53,048 nucleotides of DNA from a virus (taxonomy: Duplodnaviria > Caudoviricetes). A program made the position numbers and the translations under genes. The stretch covers positions 1 through 53,048 of the IMG/VR virus record IMGVR_UViG_3300030090_003345. One strand, written 5' to 3'. Below, piece by piece: positions 1 through 8,694 of this stretch. Position 1 is the first letter of the stretch, and each line of letters starts with the position of its first letter. The notes beneath the pieces are model-generated. The model did no database searches. It had not been told where the DNA came from and was given only the letters and a program-made list of their open reading frames with translations.

Positions 1-100
1 TTCATTGTTGCTCCTAATCAGTTTGGTCAATGCAAATAATAACATATTCGCTAAACAACGATTTTACCTGTTCAACAGAATCTGCAATTACATAAATGTA
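1..100 (+). repeat. Terminal direct repeat, left copy (probably circular-assembly overlap)
   Basis: 1-100 equals 52949-53048 except one mismatch at position 99; the repeat lies inside a small ORF. Confidence 0.95.
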
Positions 101-151
101 AAATTGAGGATCATTTTTTGTATGTCCAAGAAGCTCGACGTAGTATCTCAT
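14..151 (-). CDS. Small hypothetical early protein, 45 aa (not in ORF track)
   Basis: Reads MRYYVELLGHTKNDPQFYIYVIADSVEQVKSLFSEYVIICIDQTD*; ATGA overlap with the upstream stop; GGAGGAG upstream. Confidence 0.7.
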   Translation of the reverse strand: MRYYVELLGHTKNDPQFYIYVIADSVEQVKSLFSEYVIICIDQTD

Positions 152-351
152 GCGTTCTCCTCCAAGTAACGTGTTGTCATATCGGTCGCACACCTTAAAT
201 GCGACATAGCATTATCCAAGGTCGTCGACTCAGTGTCACCAGTGTCGTTCAGTATGTCACTCACTTTTTGTAGTAGCTCGTTACATTCCTTGACTTGTTT
301 ATATACAAGAAACTCCACACGTGTTTTGTTCTCGTTACTCACTGTCATCAT
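148..351 (-). CDS. Hypothetical early protein
   Basis: 67-aa ORF in a tightly chained minus-strand array. Confidence 0.7.
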   Translation of the reverse strand: MMTVSNENKTRVEFLVYKQVKECNELLQKVSDILNDTGDTESTTLDNAMSHLRCATDMTTRYLEENA

Positions 352-503
352 TGTCTTTTCTCCGCATCTGTACTTTCCTCAATACCCTTGAACTTCAAAT
401 AAATTTCATTTGGCTCTTCATCTCCTATAATTACCTCGTAATAATCCACGTTGGTGTCTTTTATCAACTTCCACAGAGCATCAAGTAAATCGTTTTTACT
501 CAT
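348..503 (-). CDS. Small acidic hypothetical protein, 51 aa (not in ORF track)
   Basis: Reads MSKNDLLDALWKLIKDTNVDYYEVIIGDEEPNEIYLKFKGIEESTDAEKRQ*; fills the gap exactly and overlaps both neighbours. Confidence 0.7.
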   Translation of the reverse strand: MSKNDLLDALWKLIKDTNVDYYEVIIGDEEPNEIYLKFKGIEESTDAEKRQ

Positions 504-696
504 TTCTATCCCTTCTTAATGCATACAATTTCTGTAGAGCTTCACGGGGACTACTGCCATATGCTGTATCTAACATCGCCTCTACCGCAAACACGGGTTT
601 ATACTGGTCAACAATTCGACACTCTACGCGAGCGTTCAACATAAAGTTAAGTAACGTTGTGTCGGATGGTTTTTTAACTTGTGTACTGTTTTCCAT
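496..696 (-). CDS. Hypothetical early protein
   Basis: 66-aa ORF chained with neighbours. Confidence 0.65.
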   Translation of the reverse strand: MENSTQVKKPSDTTLLNFMLNARVECRIVDQYKPVFAVEAMLDTAYGSSPREALQKLYALRRDRNE

Positions 697-1024
697 GAGG
701 TGCTTCCTTCAATGGTATGGTTTCGGTTGCGTCGTAGTGCTCCAACCACGATTCTAAATGATCGTCGTCGGACACTCCTCCTCTTGCTTTATCAATGTGC
801 ATAATGTCGCACCACGGATACTCCTCGCCCAAACAATCCAATACCTGTTCTTTCGTTTCTGCAAAAACGTTAACTACAAAATATCGGCAAGGCTCAAAAG
901 GTGGATTCTCTGTGTCTTGATCCAACAAGATACAAGCCCAACGGCAAACCATCGGCATATGCTCAGAGAATACAAAGTGTGGTTTTATGTTTCGGTATTG
1001 CTCTGCAATCATTTTAGTAGTCAT
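674..1024 (-). CDS. Hypothetical early protein
   Basis: 116-aa ORF chained with neighbours. Confidence 0.7.
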   Translation of the reverse strand: MTTKMIAEQYRNIKPHFVFSEHMPMVCRWACILLDQDTENPPFEPCRYFVVNVFAETKEQVLDCLGEEYPWCDIMHIDKARGGVSDDDHLESWLEHYDATETIPLKEAPHGKQYTS

Positions 1025-1199
1025 CCTGCACTAATTCAGTTATGAGGTTGTGACCCATGTACTCTGCGGCAACATTAATTCTCTGTTGTAAATTTTCACG
1101 GGTATTCCTGTATTGTATAAAACGCTCCCGAACTAATTCGGTAACTTTCTTGCTCTCAATCATCTCAAGAATCTCATCGTCCGTATAATGTTGTTTCAT
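1014..1199 (-). CDS. Hypothetical early protein
   Basis: Start moved to ATG 1199 (MKQHY): ATGA overlap with the upstream stop and GAGG upstream. Confidence 0.65.
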   Translation of the reverse strand: MKQHYTDDEILEMIESKKVTELVRERFIQYRNTRENLQQRINVAAEYMGHNLITELVQDDY

Positions 1200-1456
1200 C
1201 CTAGCACCTCGCTTTGAGAATCCCAATTGAGATCATCTACAATAACTTGCTCCTGCGTCTCAATCCACACCCTCGCGCCACAAGCCAACGGCTTATCTGG
1301 CGAATATACAAGCTTGCTAGGCCCGTTAATTCTTACGCCAAAACCTTTCGTATTGCTCTGGCTTGTTTTTACAGTAACAACCGGCCTGAGATCGTCGGGG
1401 TTCTTTGCGTTATGTCGGATATTGTGCTGATTAATGTGGATACGTTTGATTATCAC
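1196..1456 (-). CDS. Conserved phage hypothetical protein (IHINQH...CGARVWIET type)
   Basis: Motif pattern I recognise from marine phage proteins; AGGAG SD before GTG. Confidence 0.75.
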   Translation of the reverse strand: MIIKRIHINQHNIRHNAKNPDDLRPVVTVKTSQSNTKGFGVRINGPSKLVYSPDKPLACGARVWIETQEQVIVDDLNWDSQSEVLG

Positions 1457-1654
1457 ATTGACTCTCCTGTTTTATGAATGAGTCCCGACAGTACCGCACC
1501 TTTATTACACCTGATAGTAGACTTTGGTCGTACAAGAAAAACATCTTACCTAATAATAGGGGGTGTCTGCGTACTAAGTACGTTTAGGATTCATGAGGGG
1601 GGTTACCCCGGTGGGACTCGGGGCGAAGCCTATCACGGATTGAAAGCACAGTAA

Positions 1655-1708
1655 AGGAGATAAGATAGTAAAATTAAAAGTTTGAAACAGAGGAGATAAG
1701 ATGGTAAA
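1655..1708 (+). repeat. Two 18-bp direct repeats AGGAGATAAGAT(A/G)GTAAA, 36 bp apart
   Basis: Copies at 1655-1672 and 1691-1708, 17/18 identical, in the divergent intergenic region. Confidence 0.85.
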
Positions 1709-1710
1709 TT
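1682..1710 (+). promoter_or_regulatory. Putative sigma70 promoter of the replication operon
   Basis: TTGAAA-17-TAAATT with a TGn extension, 28 nt before the primase ATG. Confidence 0.5.
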
Positions 1711-1738
1711 TCTCATTTCACTTCTGGGGAGAGAGGTT

Positions 1739-2536
1739 ATGAAAATCGCAGATTACGTAAAGTCTTTACAGCTACAAGCTAATGAAGCACACCGTGGGCA
1801 ATGCCCTGTTTGTAATAGAACCAATACCTTCACAGCTTCTAATGTGAATGGGACTCTTCTATGGAACTGCTACAGCGCGTCATGTGACTTAGGGGGAGGT
1901 GGCATATTACCTCAGTTTATTACCGACGTGGCTCAAAAACCCCAACCTGCACCTTTTCAAAAACCTGCATCATGGTCACGCCGTGATTTACCGGATGTTG
2001 CTAAACGGTATTTAACTAAGGTGCATAACAATGACAGATGGACTGACTTTTATTGGGACGTTCTCAAACGCCGTCTTGTGTACCCTATTTACGATGCTGA
2101 TCATAAACTTGTAGATGGAGTAGGGCGAGCTATGGCACAGCGACGCTCTATTTGTGACGATCTTTCAAAGCCGGCAGGAAAGCACAGTTGGCGACAAGCA
2201 AAATGGTATAGGTACGCTAACTACAAAGGTGGCTTTGTCTGTGGCACAAATCCCGTCCATGTTGTTGTTGAAGACGCACCGTCAGCTATTGCTATCTCAG
2301 ATTGGGTAACTGGCTATGCGTTGTTAGGGACTAATCTTACAGACGAGCACCTTGCCTATTTAAGTGGAGTGTCTAAGGTCGTTGTCGCTTTAGATAAGGA
2401 CGCTACTGATAAAGGCTTGCAAATGGTTCGTAAATTAAATACAGTCACGCAGACTGATTTACTGGTCTTAGACCATGATTTAAAAGCTATGGGGGAAACA
2501 GAGCGTGAGCAACTTATCCGACAGCACACCTCTTGA
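1739..2536 (+). CDS. DNA primase (zinc-binding domain + TOPRIM)
   Basis: CPVC...CYSASC zinc domain; VVVED and ALDKD TOPRIM motifs; lies upstream of the helicase. Confidence 0.88.
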   Translation: MKIADYVKSLQLQANEAHRGQCPVCNRTNTFTASNVNGTLLWNCYSASCDLGGGGILPQFITDVAQKPQPAPFQKPASWSRRDLPDVAKRYLTKVHNNDRWTDFYWDVLKRRLVYPIYDADHKLVDGVGRAMAQRRSICDDLSKPAGKHSWRQAKWYRYANYKGGFVCGTNPVHVVVEDAPSAIAISDWVTGYALLGTNLTDEHLAYLSGVSKVVVALDKDATDKGLQMVRKLNTVTQTDLLVLDHDLKAMGETEREQLIRQHTS

Positions 2537-3800
2537 ATCTAAAATCGTTGCGTTTTGTTTACGTAAGCAATGCTACGACAAAGTTAAAAACACTCTTGAT
2601 TCCGATATGTTTGAAGGTGACTGGGCTTCAATATGGCACTCAGTCGTCGTGGCACACTGTAATTATGATGGTGATGTAAGTAAAGACGAGTTGCTCGGGC
2701 TATTTGATGTTGAGTACCCCGCTATAAACGACACCATACGAGAGCGGTGTTGGGAAAAGATTGACGATCTTAAAGACGTATCGGGCGACAACTACGAGTT
2801 GCAATTTGAAATCATCAAAAAGTTTTGGATGCGTCACCGTGCGCGTGTCATATCAGAGATGGCTGTCAAGATATTTTTAGGTAAGGAAAATGAATTTGGA
2901 GAACTCAAACGTCTTATTGAATCAACGGCTGAAGACTCGATTGGTGAGAAGACATCTTACACAGAAATTAAAATGGGGCTACATGAGCTTCTGGACTCCC
3001 TTACGCTTGACCCCGACTTTCCTTTCACGTGGAAGCCACTCGCCAACATCGTACCGGGGCTGGATCGCGGGCATTTTGGAATCGTCTTTGCGCGTCCAGA
3101 GACGGGTAAGACTACATTCTGTTCTTTCCTCGCGCAGAGCTACCTCAAGCAAGGCTTCAAGGTTGCGGTATGGGGCAATGAGGAACCCGCTATACGAACT
3201 AAGTTACGTATCATCCAGAGCTATGTTAAAACTACGAGGGAAGACCTTGTTAGAGAACGTGATAAATACGCGGAGATTTACCGGAAACAGATTGCTGACA
3301 ATCTACATGTTCTTGACTGTGTTGGAACAACCATTCAGGAAGTGGATGACTGGTGTAAAATCAACAAACCGGATGTCGTATTTATAGATCAGTTAGATAA
3401 AGTGATTGTAACTGGCAAGTACAACCGCAGTGATGAAAAACTAAAAGAGATATACTTGCAAACCCGGGAGATTGCTAAACGAAACAAGTGTTTGGTATGG
3501 GGCGTATCTCAAGCTTCTTACGAGGCAGAGGGTATGCGGGTTTTAAGCTATCACGTGCTTGATAATTCTAAGACAGGCAAAGCCGGGGAAGCTGATCTCA
3601 TTTTAGGTATAGGAAAAGTAGATGACGAGTGGGGTAACGATGGCATCCGCACCGTGCATATTTCCAAGAACAAGGTAAATGGGGAGCACGGAAGCGTTAC
3701 TGTTCGCATGGATAAAGATCGTGCTTACTATAATCAAAGTAACATACCTGATGATTTAATGACGGAGGATTATTTTAATGCACAGCAGAGTCAAATGTGA
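2505..3800 (+). CDS. DnaB-like SF4 replicative helicase
   Basis: Walker A ARPETGKT, Walker B VVFIDQ, SQ motif, GKAGEADLILG, KNK. Confidence 0.92.
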   Translation: MSNLSDSTPLESKIVAFCLRKQCYDKVKNTLDSDMFEGDWASIWHSVVVAHCNYDGDVSKDELLGLFDVEYPAINDTIRERCWEKIDDLKDVSGDNYELQFEIIKKFWMRHRARVISEMAVKIFLGKENEFGELKRLIESTAEDSIGEKTSYTEIKMGLHELLDSLTLDPDFPFTWKPLANIVPGLDRGHFGIVFARPETGKTTFCSFLAQSYLKQGFKVAVWGNEEPAIRTKLRIIQSYVKTTREDLVRERDKYAEIYRKQIADNLHVLDCVGTTIQEVDDWCKINKPDVVFIDQLDKVIVTGKYNRSDEKLKEIYLQTREIAKRNKCLVWGVSQASYEAEGMRVLSYHVLDNSKTGKAGEADLILGIGKVDDEWGNDGIRTVHISKNKVNGEHGSVTVRMDKDRAYYNQSNIPDDLMTEDYFNAQQSQM

Positions 3801-4011
3801 AAACTGTGACGGCCCTGCGGATGTAATAGATAATGGCACACTGTGTGCTACGTGCTGGCTAAAAAGGAAATATAGGAATGGTAAGCCGAACAATGAGGTT
3901 GGGCACGATAAGCGAAATGACTTGCACAAGGCGGTTGCTCGCAGAGGGGTACGAGGTTTTTTGGCCTGTAGCCAATCAAGGTCCGATAGACTTAATAGCC
4001 GTGCATGTTAG
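3778..4011 (+). CDS. Small putative zinc-finger protein
   Basis: CENC...CATC; GGAGG upstream; the C-terminal part overlaps the next gene. Confidence 0.45.
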   Translation: MHSRVKCENCDGPADVIDNGTLCATCWLKRKYRNGKPNNEVGHDKRNDLHKAVARRGVRGFLACSQSRSDRLNSRAC

Positions 4012-4177
4012 CACTGGAGAAATTAGACTAATAGATGTCAAAACGGTATCCCGGCGTAAAGACGGGACTAGGGTGGCAAGAGTGACTACCCCTCAACAAA
4101 AAGCCTTAGGCGTAGAGATTGTAGAGATTGAAATAGATGAACATTCTGACATTCGACGTAGAGACAACGCATATTAG
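3878..4177 (+). CDS. Small PD-(D/E)xK nuclease (Hjc/resolvase-like)
   Basis: G..SE...L...GYEV...PIDLIA...IDVK motif. Confidence 0.75.
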   Translation: MVSRTMRLGTISEMTCTRRLLAEGYEVFWPVANQGPIDLIAVHVSTGEIRLIDVKTVSRRKDGTRVARVTTPQQKALGVEIVEIEIDEHSDIRRRDNAY

Positions 4178-4700
4178 TAGACCTAATGGTAAGTTTACAC
4201 CGCTTCCTTACTACGACAATTACTTAGTAAGTATTGGGTATAAGGTCTACGAGGAGGGTCGCAAGGAGTTTGATAACTATCTGTGCTTTACACATGATGA
4301 AGAACCCCCTACAAAACTTGGGCACACTAAATTTCAGTATGTCTTAGATCGTGCTGATGTCATTGTAGGTCATAACATTAAGTTTGATCTCAACTGGATT
4401 AAGTCTTGTAATTTTAAATATGATGGACCTGTGTATGACACGATGGTAGCAGAGTATCTTCTTGCGCGGTCAAGACGATGGCCTCTTTCATTGGAGGCAG
4501 TCGCTAAAAGGTATGAGGTCACTCAGAAAAAGAAAGACCTTACAGCGGAATACCTTAACTCAGGTAAAACGTTTGCACAGATACCTTGGGAAATAGTCGA
4601 GGAGTATGGGCGGGCTGACGTTGATGCCACATGGGAAGTTGCGTGTAAGCAGGTTCAAGAACGTTACAAAACATCTTGGGAGGCAATCTATGGCTTCTAA
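4137..4700 (+). CDS. Stand-alone 3'-5' exonuclease of a split family A DNA polymerase
   Basis: ExoI FDVET, ExoII GHNIKFD, YDTM, ExoIII YGRAD. Confidence 0.9.
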   Translation: MNILTFDVETTHISRPNGKFTPLPYYDNYLVSIGYKVYEEGRKEFDNYLCFTHDEEPPTKLGHTKFQYVLDRADVIVGHNIKFDLNWIKSCNFKYDGPVYDTMVAEYLLARSRRWPLSLEAVAKRYEVTQKKKDLTAEYLNSGKTFAQIPWEIVEEYGRADVDATWEVACKQVQERYKTSWEAIYGF

Positions 4701-6234
4701 GTTACTGCCCACATTACGTCTCTCCTTTGAAATGACCAACGTGTTATCAAACATAGAACGTAATGGAATACATATAGATCTAAATGCACTAGATAAAATT
4801 GAAGCTGAGTACAAGGATGAACTAAACAAACTAGAAAAGTTCTTGCAGGATGAAGCTCAAAAGGCAATGGGGGATACCCCAATCAATTTGCAATCGCCTG
4901 ATGATCGTTCCATGCTATTTTACTCTAGGCGTGTCATAGATAAAAAGAGATGGTCTAGTATTTTTAATCTAGGCAGTGAGGTACGGGGGTCGACTCGTAA
5001 GCAAAAGTTACGCACAAGAATGTCACAGCGGGACTTTAATGCAAACGTACGTGTTAACACCGAAATCTTGTACAAAACAAAAGCTTCTAAGTGCACAGCC
5101 TGTATGGGAACTGGTCGTAAAAAGGTGCTTAAAAAGGACGGCACTGTGGGTAAAGCAGTAAGGGTATGTCGTTCGTGTAATGGCACTGGATTACTCTACG
5201 AAAAAACATCTGAGTATGCCGGTTTCAAAATCACTCCCAGAGACTCTTGGGACACTGCTTCAGCAGGATTTAAAACAGATCATGAGACATTAGATCAGCG
5301 ATTGCCAGAGCTTAGTGGAGAGGCTAGGCGTTTTGCAGAAGCATACACGCGATTCAACGCTCTACGAACGTATCTTTCAACATTTGTTGAAGGGCTTAAA
5401 AACAATTGTGATCGGAAGGGCTTGGTTCATCCCGACTTCATGCAGTGTATTACAGCAACTGGAAGGCTATCTTCACGAAACCCAAACTTTCAAAACATGC
5501 CGCGAGGCTCAACTTTTGCAATTAGAAAAGCGGTGACCTCTAGGTTTGAGGGTGGCAGTATCATGGAGGCGGATTACTCCCAGCTTGAGTTTAGGGTAGC
5601 GGGCTACCTAGCTAATGATCCACAGGCTTATCACGATGTTGAAAATCAGGTAGATGTGCATTCAGTTACAGCGGATATCATTGGGTGTAGTAGACAAGAA
5701 GCAAAAGCGCACACCTTTAAACCTCTGTACGGAGGAACAACAGGCACAAGAGACCAACAGAGGTACTACCGTGCTTTCAAGGAAAAGTATGCGGCGGTGA
5801 CTGTATGGCATAGAGATTTGCAGAAGGACGCTGTAGAAAAGGGGTACATAGAATTACCGTCAGGTAGACAGTACGCTTTTCCCGGCACTACGTGGAATGA
5901 ATGGGGAAGTGCCACTAATCGCACAGCCATATGTAATTATCCGGTGCAGGGCTTTGCTACAGCAGACTTACTACCAATAGCTTTAGTTTATTTAACTAAA
6001 TTAATTCAGGAGTCAAACTGTAAAAGTTTGATATGTAATACAGTACACGATAGTATCGTGCTTGACATTTTTCCCGGGGAGGAACAAACTGTTGCAGACA
6101 TGGTAATGGAGGCTATGCTTTCAATACCAAGTGAGTGCCAACGCCGTTACGGTATAGTTTACGATATGCCTGTCGGGTTGGAAATTAAAGTAGGTCCCAA
6201 TTGGGGTAACCAAAAAGAGATAAGGACGGTATGA
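4690..6234 (+). CDS. polA: Family A DNA polymerase, polymerase part with DnaJ-like zinc finger (HMO-2011 type)
   Basis: TGRLSS, motif A DYSQLEFR, motif B RQEAKAHTFKPLYG, motif C VHDS; CTACMGTG and CRSCNGTG; GGGAGG SD 6 nt before ATG 4690. Confidence 0.93.
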   Translation: MASKLLPTLRLSFEMTNVLSNIERNGIHIDLNALDKIEAEYKDELNKLEKFLQDEAQKAMGDTPINLQSPDDRSMLFYSRRVIDKKRWSSIFNLGSEVRGSTRKQKLRTRMSQRDFNANVRVNTEILYKTKASKCTACMGTGRKKVLKKDGTVGKAVRVCRSCNGTGLLYEKTSEYAGFKITPRDSWDTASAGFKTDHETLDQRLPELSGEARRFAEAYTRFNALRTYLSTFVEGLKNNCDRKGLVHPDFMQCITATGRLSSRNPNFQNMPRGSTFAIRKAVTSRFEGGSIMEADYSQLEFRVAGYLANDPQAYHDVENQVDVHSVTADIIGCSRQEAKAHTFKPLYGGTTGTRDQQRYYRAFKEKYAAVTVWHRDLQKDAVEKGYIELPSGRQYAFPGTTWNEWGSATNRTAICNYPVQGFATADLLPIALVYLTKLIQESNCKSLICNTVHDSIVLDIFPGEEQTVADMVMEAMLSIPSECQRRYGIVYDMPVGLEIKVGPNWGNQKEIRTV

Positions 6235-7079
6235 ACGTTATGAACGAAATAGCAACCGTGGCTGAAAACCCATTTGATAACATGATACAGGCTGTCAAGG
6301 ATGGCAACCGTGAGGACTTGATGCGTTTATCAGGTCAGTTAAGTGATGATGCACCAAAGCAAGGTTTGATGCGTCTGAGTATCAATTACGACACTGAGAC
6401 TGATGATGGTCAAGTTCTTAAAAAAGGCACTTGGAAAGTTTACTATGATGGTGAATTTGTTTATACGGAGAAAGTAATGTTCAGACCTATGGTCAGAACT
6501 TACGAATGGTCTGTCTGGGATAATGATGAAGGTAAGTTTTCATCTAGGTCTGTTCAAGCTCCCTCCTTGGACTACCGTTTTCCAGACACTACGGGCGGTG
6601 ACAAATGTGGTCGTCTGACTAAATCAGAAGAGGCAGAGTTAGGTGAGGATCACCCAAAGACTTTAGCTTCTAGATTAGCGACGTGTAATCAAGTGTTTTA
6701 TGCTCTCATTAGCTTAGTAGGTAAAACCGCTGATGGACGTGAAGTCAAGATACAGGACTATCCCTGTGTGTCATACTTCAAGCGTTCTGGATTCAGACCT
6801 GCGCGTGAGGCGATTGAAAAGCTGGGCAAGAATGTTGCTATGTATGAGACTCAATTTGAGTTGACTACTAAGCGGCATAAGCAAGGCAGTGTGACGTATT
6901 TCACTCCTGTTTTTACGCCGACTGCCAAAAAGCTTCAGCTTAGTGATGCTATGGAGGTTTACCAGATGTTCCTAGAGACCATCAAAGCTTCCAACTCACA
7001 AATTCATGAGCAACATAAAGAAGCAGTGAAGGCGAAAACCACTGATGAAGAAACTGACCTTGCGGCAGATTTCAACTGA
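6231..7079 (+). CDS. Putative single-stranded DNA-binding / replication protein
   Basis: Follows the polymerase; acidic tail with a terminal aromatic (DEETDLAADFN), as in T7 gp2.5-type SSBs. Function is inferred. Confidence 0.5.
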   Translation: MNVMNEIATVAENPFDNMIQAVKDGNREDLMRLSGQLSDDAPKQGLMRLSINYDTETDDGQVLKKGTWKVYYDGEFVYTEKVMFRPMVRTYEWSVWDNDEGKFSSRSVQAPSLDYRFPDTTGGDKCGRLTKSEEAELGEDHPKTLASRLATCNQVFYALISLVGKTADGREVKIQDYPCVSYFKRSGFRPAREAIEKLGKNVAMYETQFELTTKRHKQGSVTYFTPVFTPTAKKLQLSDAMEVYQMFLETIKASNSQIHEQHKEAVKAKTTDEETDLAADFN

Positions 7080-7966
7080 TGCTGGCGGAAGTCAAGGTTA
7101 AAGACTTCCTTTTAAGGGCGGTGCGGGGAGAGACGGATCTCTCCCCCGCTGTTCTTGATGATTTTGCACAAACCTGCAAAGAGGCTTTAAAAAAGCAGTT
7201 TACGTCCCGGGATCAAGATTGGCGTGTTCGTATGAGCGGCCTTGGTCGTCCTCTCTGTCAACAAATACAGGGCAGAGATGGTAGCACTGAAGAGATGACG
7301 TATAATGCTATTTTAAGATTTCTTATAGGAGACTTGGTTGAGGCTGTCATGATGGTGGTCCTCAAAGAAGCAGGAGTCACTATTGTTGATTCTCAGAGAA
7401 GCTGTAAGCTAAAGCTTGGGAATGAAACTGTTGAGGGCACACTAGACGTTATTTTGGACGATCCAGTGAATGGTGAAAAAGTCTGGGATATTAAATCTGC
7501 AAGTCCTTTTTCTTACGCACAAAAATTTAGCCGGGGATACGATAACCTCAAAAGCGACGATCCTTTTGGTTATCTTATGCAAGGGTTTTTATATGCGACA
7601 GCCGTAGACAAAGAGTTTGGTGGCTGGCTTGTTGTTGATAAATCAAGCGGCGAAATACAGTTTGTGCAAGCCCCAGATGATCAGGAAGAAGATCGGATGG
7701 CGTATATTGAAGAGGCAGTAAACCGGGTGGCTAAACTTAGTTCTGGGTTTACTTATTCTAAACCGCCTATGCAACCTGAGGAAGAAACGTACAGTGTAAG
7801 TAAAGTAATACATAAGACGGGAAACAAGTTACTTAACAAAACTTGCACGTTCTGTGGTTATAGAGAAGTATGCTGGCCTAAGGCAGTGAAGCATGAGAAA
7901 GTCACATCAAAAGCTCGTATTAAGCCTCTAGTCTGGTACCACACGCTGAAGGTTAAAGAGCTATGA
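7079..7966 (+). CDS. Cas4-like PD-(D/E)xK exonuclease
   Basis: GTLD...DIKS...Q...Y motifs; one N-terminal Cys plus C-terminal CTFC..REVC. Confidence 0.82.
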   Translation: MLAEVKVKDFLLRAVRGETDLSPAVLDDFAQTCKEALKKQFTSRDQDWRVRMSGLGRPLCQQIQGRDGSTEEMTYNAILRFLIGDLVEAVMMVVLKEAGVTIVDSQRSCKLKLGNETVEGTLDVILDDPVNGEKVWDIKSASPFSYAQKFSRGYDNLKSDDPFGYLMQGFLYATAVDKEFGGWLVVDKSSGEIQFVQAPDDQEEDRMAYIEEAVNRVAKLSSGFTYSKPPMQPEEETYSVSKVIHKTGNKLLNKTCTFCGYREVCWPKAVKHEKVTSKARIKPLVWYHTLKVKEL

Positions 7967-8196
7967 CTAAGCACCCGCCAGTAGTCTACGCCTATGACAA
8001 CAATGGTTTAACAGGAGAGTCTGCATACCTTTGGGTTTTGTTTTTAATGCGTGAAGCTCAACTGCAAGGTAATACAGAGGATTTTAAGAAATGGAAAAAC
8101 TTAGCTAAGTCGATGAAACCTAGCAAAAAATCCCCGCTTCCTTCAAGTGTTTTTGATTCTGATCTTATGGATGCAATAGACGAGTATCTGATATGA
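7963..8196 (+). CDS. Hypothetical protein
   Basis: ATGA overlaps at both ends. Confidence 0.7.
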   Translation: MTKHPPVVYAYDNNGLTGESAYLWVLFLMREAQLQGNTEDFKKWKNLAKSMKPSKKSPLPSSVFDSDLMDAIDEYLI

Positions 8197-8474
8197 TTAA
8201 AACAGCGTTACAGATTATTAACCCCGCTACAAATGCGCTACGTAATAGTCCCCCAGAATACAAATTTTGGTTATCTATTCTCTTGGCATCTATGTGGTGC
8301 ATTGCTTTTGGTATTTTCACTGCCGAACTACTTACGATTGGGCACAACATAATCGGACACTATATTTTAATTTTTTGTGTGTTCATTACGTGGAGGGTGT
8401 TTAAGTTTACAAAAAAGCATCAAAGTCCCACCACAAAAAACAAAGTAGTGTGGGACTTAAATCGGGAAGGGTAA
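8193..8474 (+). CDS. Hypothetical membrane protein (2 TM)
   Basis: Two hydrophobic segments; ATGA overlap. Confidence 0.7.
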   Translation: MIKTALQIINPATNALRNSPPEYKFWLSILLASMWCIAFGIFTAELLTIGHNIIGHYILIFCVFITWRVFKFTKKHQSPTTKNKVVWDLNREG

Positions 8475-8557
8475 AACGCCACTGGACTGACCCATCTGCG
8501 GTAGAAGAGATTGACAGTGGGTATAATGCACGAACAGATGAATGGGAAGAAAAGTAA
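8450..8557 (+). CDS. Possible 35-aa microprotein (not in ORF track)
   Basis: GTG start; MGLKSGRVKRHWTDPSAVEEIDSGYNARTDEWEEK*; its stop overlaps the next start (TAATG); no clear SD. Confidence 0.4.
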   Translation: MGLKSGRVKRHWTDPSAVEEIDSGYNARTDEWEEK

Positions 8558-8694
8558 TGTTTAAAGCATATATTTTTATTTCACTTTTGTTTAGTTTAGT
8601 TATGTCTGTGTTTTTGTATATAGCTACGCCTAACTTAAGCGTGGGTTTTACAAACATATGTGGTGAAGATAAGTTCTTTTGTGTGAGGGATTAG
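8557..8694 (+). CDS. 45-aa membrane-anchored microprotein (not in ORF track)
   Basis: MFKAYIFISLLFSLVMSVFLYIATPNLSVGFTNICGEDKFFCVRD*; abuts ATG 8695. Confidence 0.6.
   Translation: MFKAYIFISLLFSLVMSVFLYIATPNLSVGFTNICGEDKFFCVRD

Noticed and set aside
2890-3387. 165-aa alternate-frame ORF inside the helicase
   Set aside because: Fully nested, no recognisable motif, and composition typical of an off-frame reading.
4606-4689. Track start of the polymerase at 4606, or a programmed frameshift fusing exo and pol
   Set aside because: A strong SD supports ATG 4690 and no slippery sequence is visible; a frameshift is unsupported but not excluded.
7079-7966. CRISPR-Cas system suggested by the Cas4-like gene
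   Set aside because: No repeat-spacer array or other cas genes seen in the window.
8511-8527. Perfect TTGACA and TATAAT boxes
   Set aside because: Only 5 nt apart, so they cannot form a sigma70 promoter; they also lie within a probable small ORF.
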